A stretch of 39,761 nt of DNA, from the NCBI GenBank assembly GCA_964611285.1, contig CAZSZY010000005.1, positions 1 to 39,761 on the forward strand, in the 5' to 3' direction. Made by a program: the position numbers and the translations under genes. Numbering within the stretch: position 1 is the stretch's first letter; the number at the start of each line of letters is the position of its first letter. The notes beneath the pieces are model-generated. The model searched no databases and was not told where the DNA came from. It was given only the letters and a program-made list of their open reading frames with translations. This document shows positions 18,054 to 25,123 of the stretch, piece after piece. The DNA comes from an uncultured Methanosarcinales archaeon (lineage in GTDB: Archaea > Nanobdellota > Nanobdellia > Woesearchaeales > SKGA01).

Positions 18054-18839
18054 ATGGCTTTAGCAAATATTTTAGACCCTATACTCGGTCCATTATTACA
18101 GGGGACAGGTCCCTTTGCCACTTTACTCATAGTTAGTATTGTTGTTTCTGTTTTTACCACATTAATTCATATGTTTGCAACAGATCAAGAGAAATTAAAA
18201 CGTCTCAAAGCAGATATGAAAAGGTATCAAGCAAAACTCAAGACATTAAAAGATAGTCCTGACAAAGCTATGAAAGTACAAAAAGATTTAATGAAGCTCA
18301 ATGGCGAGTTCATGAAATCATCTTTTAAAACAACATTTTATACTATCATTCCTTTACTTATTTTCTTTGGATGGCTTGGCGTAAATTTAGCATTCGCACC
18401 ATTACTTCCAGATACTTCTTTTGATGTGGGTGTTACGATGCAAGAAGGAGTTAATGGAGCTGTCTCGTTGATACTGCCTGCTAATCTCAGTATCACAAGC
18501 AATCTTACACAATCAACCTCAGAAAATACAGCTTCATGGAGTGGTATTAGTGGTCCCGCTGGTGAGTATGAGTTATTTGTAATGTATAATGAGACTGGCG
18601 AAGAACAATTTTTCTCAATAATTATTACTGAAGATTTTGCTTATGAAAATCCTGTTGTTCTTCTAGAATCAGACATTTTCAAACAAATTATTGTTGGTAA
18701 TGAAAAGCTCTATATTTTTAGAAATATTTTCTTATTCAAAGATATACCTGTCATTAAGAATGCGGGTTGGTTGGGTGCATATATTTTGTTCTCCCTAGTT
18801 TTTTCAACAGGTCTTAGAAAAGTTCTAAAACTAGCATAA
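18054..18839 (+). CDS. DUF106/EMC3-TMCO1-like membrane protein (archaeal Oxa1/YidC-superfamily insertase candidate) with about 100-aa inserted extracytoplasmic segment
   Basis: TM1, then the amphipathic coiled coil DQEKLKRLKADMKRYQAKLKTLKD...MKLNGEFMKSSFK, then further TMs. Sits in the conserved archaeal position downstream of secY. Family assignment is by pattern recall, not by search. Confidence 0.65.
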   Translation: MALANILDPILGPLLQGTGPFATLLIVSIVVSVFTTLIHMFATDQEKLKRLKADMKRYQAKLKTLKDSPDKAMKVQKDLMKLNGEFMKSSFKTTFYTIIPLLIFFGWLGVNLAFAPLLPDTSFDVGVTMQEGVNGAVSLILPANLSITSNLTQSTSENTASWSGISGPAGEYELFVMYNETGEEQFFSIIITEDFAYENPVVLLESDIFKQIIVGNEKLYIFRNIFLFKDIPVIKNAGWLGAYILFSLVFSTGLRKVLKLA

Positions 18840-18873
18840 TTACTATAGTTATCATTCTTTGCACTAAGAGAAG

Positions 18874-18898
18874 CTTTATAAATAAAACTTGATTTCTC
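18874..18898 (+). promoter_or_regulatory. TATA-box promoter of rpl34e (probably a leaderless transcript)
   Basis: cTTTATAAATAAaacttgatttctc; the TATA centre lies about 26 nt before the rpl34e ATG (18906). 24/25 identical to 25099-25123. Confidence 0.6.
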
Positions 18899-18905
18899 CT
18901 TATCT

Positions 18906-19178
18906 ATGCCTCAAGGAATGTTTAAATCAAGAACTCTCCGACGTGTTAGCAAGCGCGTGCCAGGAGGAAAGGCAGTTAAACGCTATGAACAGCGAAAGCC
19001 AAGTTCAGCACGATGTGCTGTAACAGGTGAATTGCTTCATGGTGTGCCTCGAGAGTTGCCAACGCAATTAGCGAAGCTGTCAAAGACAAAGAGACGACCA
19101 GAGCGACCTTATGGGGGCGTTTTGAGCAGCCGGGCATCACGACAAGTTATCAAAGAAGAAGCGCGTGAGACCCAATAA
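18906..19178 (+). CDS. rpl34e: 50S ribosomal protein eL34
   Basis: FKSRTLRRVSKRVPGGKAVKRYEQRKPSSARCAVTGELLHGVP is L34e-like. Confidence 0.93.
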   Translation: MPQGMFKSRTLRRVSKRVPGGKAVKRYEQRKPSSARCAVTGELLHGVPRELPTQLAKLSKTKRRPERPYGGVLSSRASRQVIKEEARETQ

Positions 19179-19245
19179 ACGAGTTTTTATCCATCATAGG
19201 AGCAAAGGGTGACCAGCTCCCTAAAAGAGATGAAGGAGACGTAAA

Positions 19246-19575
19246 ATGTTATTTGAAATAGGAACTATATGTATTAAATTAGCAGGTAGAGATGCCGGTA
19301 AAAAATGTGTTGTAGTTGATGTCATTGATGATGTATATGTACTTATAGATGGTCAAACCAGACGACGAAAATGCAATGTTGCTCATCTCGAGCCATTAAA
19401 ATCTAAACTCAATATCAAAAAAGGCACAGATACTGCGGCTGTTACCAAGGCATTTGATGCTATTGGTGTGACTGTTGTTGCTACTAAACCTAAAAAAGCA
19501 GCTTCTCGGCCGCTAAAACCTCGAGCACTTCCTCAACAGAAGAAGAAAACTGAGAAAAAGGTTTCAAAAAAGTAG
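19246..19575 (+). CDS. rpl14e: 50S ribosomal protein eL14
   Basis: KOW-like GTICIKLAGRDAGKKCVVVDVIDDVYVLIDGQTRRRKCNVAHLEP, with a basic tail. Confidence 0.9.
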   Translation: MLFEIGTICIKLAGRDAGKKCVVVDVIDDVYVLIDGQTRRRKCNVAHLEPLKSKLNIKKGTDTAAVTKAFDAIGVTVVATKPKKAASRPLKPRALPQQKKKTEKKVSKK

Positions 19576-19585
19576 TTATTTGAGT

Positions 19586-20086
19586 TTAAAGACGGAATTC
19601 TTTCATAATTCCGTATAAATATTCTTTATTGTTTATATTTATTAATTCTAGCCGTTTTTCGGCTCTTAATTCATTTAAATAGCGATAAAAGGTTGCTTTT
19701 GAACAATAATTATGTTTATCTACGATAATTTCTTTGAGCTGTTTTGCAGTAACACGATTTTTGTTGGCAACACCAATGATCTTTTGTTTGATAATATGTT
19801 TCTTGTTTTTAGTTACTGTCGCAATAGCTTCCTGTTCTAAAATATCTATATTTGTTGTTTGCTTTTGTTTTGGGCTCTCTAAGACAATATAATCTGGTTC
19901 TGGTTCTGCAAGTATTGCTTCTTGTATAGGCAAATCTAATGCTTCTTCAGACATAATTTCTTCACTCAGTACTTCATGTTCGAGCTCTAGAAGAGTGTTT
20001 TTCAGACGTTCTACGCGTTCTACAAGCTTATGAAGCTCTTTTCCATCAGGACGCTTAATTCCTTTACGTAGAAACAAATCTTTCAT
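19586..20086 (-). CDS. Hypothetical protein: N-terminal coiled coil, acidic linker, C-terminal (w)HTH-like DNA-binding region
   Basis: 166-aa ORF. The C-terminal VTAKQLKEIIVDKHNYCSKATFYRYLNELRAEKRLELI looks like a helix-turn-helix. A TATA-like ttttaaataag lies about 25 nt upstream, suggesting a leaderless transcript. No family recognised. Confidence 0.55.
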   Translation of the reverse strand: MKDLFLRKGIKRPDGKELHKLVERVERLKNTLLELEHEVLSEEIMSEEALDLPIQEAILAEPEPDYIVLESPKQKQTTNIDILEQEAIATVTKNKKHIIKQKIIGVANKNRVTAKQLKEIIVDKHNYCSKATFYRYLNELRAEKRLELININNKEYLYGIMKEFRL

Positions 20087-20127
20087 GAATAAAGAGAAAT
20101 TCTTCAGCTTATTTAAAATTTTCCTGC

Positions 20128-20311
20128 AGTCTCAATATTGTCTCAGTGTCTCAGAGACTGCCTCAAGACTGTTCTGAGACTATTTTTGAGACTAAGAGTG
20201 TATTTGTGAGACTATGAAATCTTCTTTTCCATAGGAAACAAGGGGGTGTTCACAAGTCTCAGTTAATTTATTTGAGACTAGACTTTTTGAGACTGAGACT
20301 ATACTGAGACT
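20128..20311. repeat. Array of about 12 TGAGACT/AGTCTCA heptamer repeats (iteron/operator-like)
   Basis: Perfect TGAGACT starts at 20175, 20187, 20207, 20273, 20288, 20294 and 20305. Perfect AGTCTCA starts at 20128 and 20255. There are near copies at 20139-20159, including the GTCTC-A-GAGAC palindrome, and at 20164-20170. Confidence 0.9.
20227..20247 (+). promoter_or_regulatory. ORB-like (origin recognition box, Orc1/Cdc6-binding type) element
   Basis: TTCCATAGGAAACAAGGGGGT matches the archaeal ORB pattern TCCA-NN-GGAAAC-N3-GGGG(T). For comparison, Aeropyrum/Sulfolobus ORBs read about CTCCACAGGAAACGGAGGGGT as I recall them. Only one copy is present. Confidence 0.45.
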
Positions 20312-20449
20312 GATACTTCTTTTACGACCTTCACTGGTCAGTCCCACATAATATATATAAATATCCCAACCTCACCCATTTCTAAGGCAACCCCCTCATC
20401 AGAATCGTTGGTGGGTGAAATAAGAAGGGAAACCAAGGAGGTCTTAGCC

Positions 20450-20728
20450 ATGGAAAACATAAATACAGATAAAAATAGTCCCGAGCGAAAGTTTCGGGCA
20501 AGTCCAGTTACAGCAACAATCTGGACAAATGAAGCAAAAGGAAAAGATGGAGAAACAAACCTGTTTCGAACCATTACTTTAGACAGAACCTACAAAGACA
20601 AAGAAGGTTCTTGGAAAAAAACGAATTCTTTTCGTGTAAACGACTTGCCAAAAGCAGTTTTGGTACTCAATAAAGCGTTTGAATATGTCAGCATTAAAGA
20701 AGAAGGCGACATTATAGGAGAAGACTAA
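20450..20728 (+). CDS. Small PC4/YdbC-like putative ssDNA-binding protein
   Basis: 92 aa from ATG 20450, with AAGGAGG 7 nt upstream. FRASPVTATIWTNE...LFRTITLDRTYKDKEGSWKKTNSFRVNDLPKAVLVLNKAFEYV resembles the PC4 beta-sheet-plus-helix pattern (...IDIREYW.D..GE.KPGRKGISL..EQW..L). Assignment is by eye only. Confidence 0.45.
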   Translation: MENINTDKNSPERKFRASPVTATIWTNEAKGKDGETNLFRTITLDRTYKDKEGSWKKTNSFRVNDLPKAVLVLNKAFEYVSIKEEGDIIGED

Positions 20729-20729
20729 A

Positions 20730-21665
20730 ATGAACGGTCCTAAAGTTGAAGATTTACCTGGTGTTGGTGCCGCAACAGTTGAAAAACTAGAAGCGGGAGG
20801 ATTTGGAAACCTCATGTCTATAGCTGTTGCAACACCTGGACAGCTCGCAAATGCAAGTGGCGTAACTGAAGTCGCTGGAAGAAAAATGATTCAAGCAGCA
20901 CGAAGTATGATGGATATGGGTTTTCAATCAGGCGAGGATTTACTTGCAAAACGAGCAAAAGTAATTAAGATTTCTTGTGGGGCAAAAGGATTTGATGATA
21001 TGCTTGATGGTGGCTTTGAAACAGGAGCTATCAGCGAATGTTTTGGCCAATATGGGAGTTCCAAAACACAAATAGCGCATGCACTTTGTGTAAGCTGTCA
21101 AGTAAACGAACCAGATGCTATTGCAGTGTACATTGATACAGAAAACACTTTTCGACCAGAAAGAATTATGCAGATGGCAAAAGGTTTTGGTCTTGAACCT
21201 GAGCAAGTTCTCAAAAATATTCGTGTAGCAAGAGCTTTCAACTCTGATCATCAAATGCTTCTTGCAGAAAAGGTTGATGATTTAGTTCAAGAAGGTCAAA
21301 AAGTTCGTGTTATTGTTGTAGACTCACTAACTGCACACTTTAGAGCAGAATTTGTAGGTCGAGGAACTTTAGCAGAACGACAACAAAAGTTAAACAAGCA
21401 CATGCACGTATTGGCAAAACTAGCTGATATTCACAACGCTTGTGTTTTTGTAACTAATCAAGTAATGTCTAAACCAGACGCGTTTTTTGGCGATCCAACT
21501 GAAGCAATTGGTGGTCACATTGTTGGACACAACAGCACATTCCGTATTTATCTTCGTAAAGGAAAAAAAGGAACTCGCGTTGCAAAACTTGTTGATGCAC
21601 CAAATTTGGCTGATGCAGAATGTATTTATGAAGTAACTGAAGATGGTCTAAAAGACGCATCTTAA
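20730..21665 (+). CDS. radA: DNA repair and recombination protein RadA
   Basis: N-terminal HhH (LPGVGAATVEKLEAGGF), an ATPase core with Walker B VRVIVVDSLTAHFRAEF, and NQVMSKPDAFFGDPTEAIGGHIVGH. Walker A is atypical: GQYGSSKTQ. Confidence 0.92.
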   Translation: MNGPKVEDLPGVGAATVEKLEAGGFGNLMSIAVATPGQLANASGVTEVAGRKMIQAARSMMDMGFQSGEDLLAKRAKVIKISCGAKGFDDMLDGGFETGAISECFGQYGSSKTQIAHALCVSCQVNEPDAIAVYIDTENTFRPERIMQMAKGFGLEPEQVLKNIRVARAFNSDHQMLLAEKVDDLVQEGQKVRVIVVDSLTAHFRAEFVGRGTLAERQQKLNKHMHVLAKLADIHNACVFVTNQVMSKPDAFFGDPTEAIGGHIVGHNSTFRIYLRKGKKGTRVAKLVDAPNLADAECIYEVTEDGLKDAS

Positions 21666-21700
21666 TTTTTTTTATTTCTTGTTTTTTAGTTTTTACTTAC
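21664..21700 (+). terminator. T-tract terminator region after radA
   Basis: taattttttttatttcttgttttttagttttt contains several oligo-T runs, as in archaeal intrinsic termination signals. Confidence 0.45.
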
Positions 21701-21778
21701 CTTTCCTATAGTTTGATTTTCTGATAATTCTAACAACTTAACAAGTTTTTTATACTCCTTCTTTCTTTTCTTCTTTTC

Positions 21779-22825
21779 ATGATACCTTTAAAAAAGGATT
21801 TCAAACAGGGAAATGTCTCCCTCAAAGTCACTTTATCAGATGATTTGTGGTATTTATCACATATTATAGCACCTGGTGATGAAATGACAATGAAAACCGA
21901 GCGTAAGCTTAAGTTAGGTAGTTCGGACACTAATATGAAAGTTGTTCGAAAACAAATGGTGTTGCGTCTACGAATTGAATCAGTTGATTTATCTGATGCA
22001 ACGCAACTTCGCGTAAAAGGCACTGTTGTCTCAGGTCCGGAAGATGTTCCTCATGGTTCATATCACACATTCGGTATTAGTGTAGATGGATCATTTACTT
22101 TGCACAAACCGTCATGGCCAACATACCTCGTAGACAAACTTGATGAAGCGTTAGCAAATAGTTCTCAATCAGTAATTATTGCGCAATATGACAGAGAACA
22201 AGCGCTTTTTTCTTTAGTACGTCAAACAGGAATAGAGCATCTTGCCGAGATTAAAGTTGCTGTTGCTAAAAAACAATATACTCAGTCAACAAATGGTTCG
22301 TTGTATGAGCAAATTATTCAAAAAGTTAACGAATACGTTTCCTCTTACAAAGCAACAGGTGTGGTTTTTGCAAGTGCTGATTTTTGGAAAAAATATGTGC
22401 AAGAAAAATTATCTCCTGAATTAACCAAAATTAGTATTTTTGTTTCTACTCCTGAAGTTTCTCGCGCTAGCGTTGGAAAATTATTAACTAGACCCGAACT
22501 TCATCAATTGCTTGCAAATCAACGTTTACAAAAAGAAGAATCTTTAGTTGATGAGATTCTAAAAAAACTAGATCAAGACTTAGCAGTTTATGGTTTTGAT
22601 GATGTGAAAGTTGCTGCAAATTCAGGTTCCATAGAGAAACTCACAGTTACAGAAAAATTTCTTGTGAATAAAAAAGAAGAAGGATTATATGATGAATTAG
22701 ATACTGTTCTAAAAGCTGTTGATATATCTAAAGGTAAAGTTTTATTTTTGCATGCAGAGCAAACAACAAAAATAATAGATGGTTTGGGAGGAATAGTTGG
22801 TACCTTACGATGGAAAACGAATTAA
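21779..22825 (+). CDS. pelA: Pelota (aPelota/Dom34) ribosome rescue factor
   Basis: LSDDLWYLSHIIAPGDEMTMKTERK is a typical Pelota N-terminus. 348 aa with eRF1-like domain organisation. Confidence 0.88.
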   Translation: MIPLKKDFKQGNVSLKVTLSDDLWYLSHIIAPGDEMTMKTERKLKLGSSDTNMKVVRKQMVLRLRIESVDLSDATQLRVKGTVVSGPEDVPHGSYHTFGISVDGSFTLHKPSWPTYLVDKLDEALANSSQSVIIAQYDREQALFSLVRQTGIEHLAEIKVAVAKKQYTQSTNGSLYEQIIQKVNEYVSSYKATGVVFASADFWKKYVQEKLSPELTKISIFVSTPEVSRASVGKLLTRPELHQLLANQRLQKEESLVDEILKKLDQDLAVYGFDDVKVAANSGSIEKLTVTEKFLVNKKEEGLYDELDTVLKAVDISKGKVLFLHAEQTTKIIDGLGGIVGTLRWKTN

Positions 22826-23637
22826 AATTTTCTTCAGAACTAGTTTCACTTATTAAAGAAAAACAAGAGTTATCTTCACTTGATGATGAGTTTGTATACA
22901 AAATATTATCTTCTCAAACTATTGAAATACCTGATAAATACAAAACATTTGCGCAGTTCAGAAAAAGCTCTGCTTGTAAAAAAATAGTTTCTGAAACAAG
23001 AAAAAAACTACGAGAAGTATACGGGGTTTTCATAAGAAAACCTCTTGCAAAACTTTCAACAAAGGACACAAACACCATTTTACAATCACATCAATCAACT
23101 CATGAACGTTTTGACTACTTAGAAATTATCTACGAATTATTATTTGATAAATTATTTGCTTTGGGTTTACCTAAAAAATTTTCACTCTTAGATATTGCTT
23201 GCGGGTTTACACCTTTTTCACTTTCTTATTTTCCTATTAAACCAACCAATTATGTTGCGTGCGATTTATCTTCACAGGATATGAAAAGCGTGCAACATTT
23301 TTTTGATGAACAACATCAAAAAAGTATCACAAAAGCAATTGATGTTGTCAGCGATGAATTTCTTTTATGGGTGACTTCTCAGAAAACAAATGTTTGCTTT
23401 TTGCTTAAAGCATTAGATTCTTTTGAACAAAGAACAAGAAATAGTTCAAAACCAATTTTAATAGCAATCCCTGCAAGGTTTTTAGTGGTTTCATTCGCAT
23501 TAAGATCTATCGGTGGTAATGCAGTAATTGGAGCGGAAAAGAGAACTTGGTTTGAAAAATTCTGCACAAAACAAAATTGGGCTTTTGAAACAATCCAAGT
23601 CCCAAACGAAATTTTTTACATCGTTAGCAAGGAGTAA
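22810..23637 (+). CDS. FmrO-family 16S rRNA methyltransferase homologue (ArmA/RmtB/Sgm-like, m7G1405 type)
   Basis: Collinear matches to recalled ArmA/RmtB motifs: TRKKLREVYGVF (RmtB TRLHGICGAY), HQSTHERF (HASTKERL), LLDIACGFTPFSL (VLDIACGLNPLAL), VCFLLKALDSFEQR (ALIFKLLPLLEREQ), LVVSFALRSIGG (MAVSFPTRSLGG), NEIFYIVSK (TELIYLIKK). Overlaps pelota by 16 nt. Confidence 0.72.
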   Translation: MENELKFSSELVSLIKEKQELSSLDDEFVYKILSSQTIEIPDKYKTFAQFRKSSACKKIVSETRKKLREVYGVFIRKPLAKLSTKDTNTILQSHQSTHERFDYLEIIYELLFDKLFALGLPKKFSLLDIACGFTPFSLSYFPIKPTNYVACDLSSQDMKSVQHFFDEQHQKSITKAIDVVSDEFLLWVTSQKTNVCFLLKALDSFEQRTRNSSKPILIAIPARFLVVSFALRSIGGNAVIGAEKRTWFEKFCTKQNWAFETIQVPNEIFYIVSKE

Positions 23638-23851
23638 TTTCCTCTTGTTACTTGATAGTTTTTCTTCTCTTTTCTACCTGTGGAGAGGTACTTAGTCACT
23701 CACTGTATTGCTTGAATACAAGAGTTTTAAGCTCCAGTATACTTTTTTCTGTGTAACCATTTTTGCGATACAACCAATAGTAACATATAAATAGTAGTTA
23801 TTCGCCATTGAACAATTGAAAGGGGTGAGGTTTCCTTTTGGAGGGTAAAAT

Positions 23852-24661
23852 ATGATAGTTAAGGAAGAGTTTTTGAGTAAGTTACGACGCTACTTCTCAT
23901 TGAATTTGTATGAAGCGAAAGTGTGGACTGCTCTTCTCTCTAGAGGTGTTAGTACTGCAGGTGAACTTTCAGACATTGCAAACGTGCCAAGATCACGAAG
24001 CTACGATGTTTTAGAGTCACTTGAAAAAAAAGGATTTGTTGTGATGAAGATTGGGAAACCAATTAAGTATATTGCAGTTCCGCCAAAAGAAGTTCTAGAA
24101 CGAGTTAAGAAAAATTTATTGACAGCAACAGAATCGCATGTTAAAAAACTTGATGAACTAAAAAGTACGGATCTTATTGCTGAATTAAATTCATTACATA
24201 CACAGGGTGTTGAACTTGTTGAACCAACTGATCTTTCAGGTTCGCTACGTGGTCGACTTAATTTATACAACCACATAGAGTTTACAATTCGTAGTGCAGA
24301 AGAAACTGTTACTATGATGACTACAACACAAGGGCTTATCAGAAAAGCAGAAGGACTCAAACCTTTGTTTGAAGAACTTTCAAAAAGAGGCGTAAAAATT
24401 AATATTGCCGCGCCTTTAACAACTGATGAAGCAAAAGCAGTAGCAAAAGATTTAGAAGGAATTGCTGAAGTTCGTCACCTAGATCACATTAGTGCACGAT
24501 TTGTTGTCGTTGATGGAACTGAAGTGATCTTTATGGTAATGAATGATGATGATGTACATCCAACATATGATATTGGTATTTGGGTAAACACAGCATTCTT
24601 TGCTTCGGCTTTAGAACAACTCTTTGAGCTTGCATGGGTTACGCTTAAAACAAAGGTATAA
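23852..24661 (+). CDS. TrmB-family transcriptional regulator
   Basis: N-terminal wHTH LYEAKVWTALLSRGVSTAGELSDIANVPRSRSYDVLESLEKKGFV, a coiled-coil linker and a C-terminal TrmB-like domain. GGAGG lies upstream. Confidence 0.85.
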   Translation: MIVKEEFLSKLRRYFSLNLYEAKVWTALLSRGVSTAGELSDIANVPRSRSYDVLESLEKKGFVVMKIGKPIKYIAVPPKEVLERVKKNLLTATESHVKKLDELKSTDLIAELNSLHTQGVELVEPTDLSGSLRGRLNLYNHIEFTIRSAEETVTMMTTTQGLIRKAEGLKPLFEELSKRGVKINIAAPLTTDEAKAVAKDLEGIAEVRHLDHISARFVVVDGTEVIFMVMNDDDVHPTYDIGIWVNTAFFASALEQLFELAWVTLKTKV

Positions 24662-24750
24662 ACCATGAATTTTTTTCTTTTTTATTTGATTTTTTTCTTG
24701 TCAACTAGGCAAAATTATTTAAACAAGACCGTATTTATCTGTGATAACTA

Positions 24751-25086
24751 ATGAAACCAAAATTTTCTCAAAACCAGACTCCACCTATTGATGTTGGAGA
24801 AGAGTACACTGGCATTATTGATGCAGTGGGTGAGAAGGGTGATGGGGTTCTTCGTATAAAAGGATTTGTAGTTTTTGTACCAGGTGTTGCAAAAGGCGAC
24901 TTTGTTAAAGTAAAAATTACTAAAGTTTTAGCAAAAGTATCCTTTGGTGAGCTAGTAGAAAAGTTAAAAGAACCTAAAAAAGAAGATTTTATCCCTAAAC
25001 CAAAGCCAAAAGTACCTGCTGAAGATGTTTCTCATCTTTTAACTACAGACGGGGATACAGAGGATTTTGGAGAAGGCGACGACTAA
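24751..25086 (+). CDS. TRAM-domain protein with acidic C-terminal tail
   Basis: GEEYTGIIDAVGEKGDGVLRIKGFVVFVPGVAKGDFVKVKITKVLAKVSFGELV is a TRAM (OB-like) fold signature. Confidence 0.8.
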   Translation: MKPKFSQNQTPPIDVGEEYTGIIDAVGEKGDGVLRIKGFVVFVPGVAKGDFVKVKITKVLAKVSFGELVEKLKEPKKEDFIPKPKPKVPAEDVSHLLTTDGDTEDFGEGDD

Positions 25087-25098
25087 CTCTACGGCAAC

Positions 25099-25123
25099 CT
25101 TTATAAATAAAACTTGTTTTCTC
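25099..25123 (+). promoter_or_regulatory. TATA-box promoter, near-identical copy of the rpl34e promoter, 210 nt upstream of rps2
   Basis: cTTTATAAATAAaacttgttttctc is 24/25 identical to 18874-18898. There is no ATG at the equivalent leaderless position. Confidence 0.55.

Noticed and set aside
23822-23842. A second ORB-like sequence, GGGGTGAGGTTTCCTTTTGGA, upstream of the first trmB-like gene.
   Set aside because: It contains the GTTTCC...TGGA dyad, but with a 3-nt spacer. The G-run has the wrong polarity relative to the dyad for an ORB. It also overlaps the SD and start region, so it is probably coincidental.
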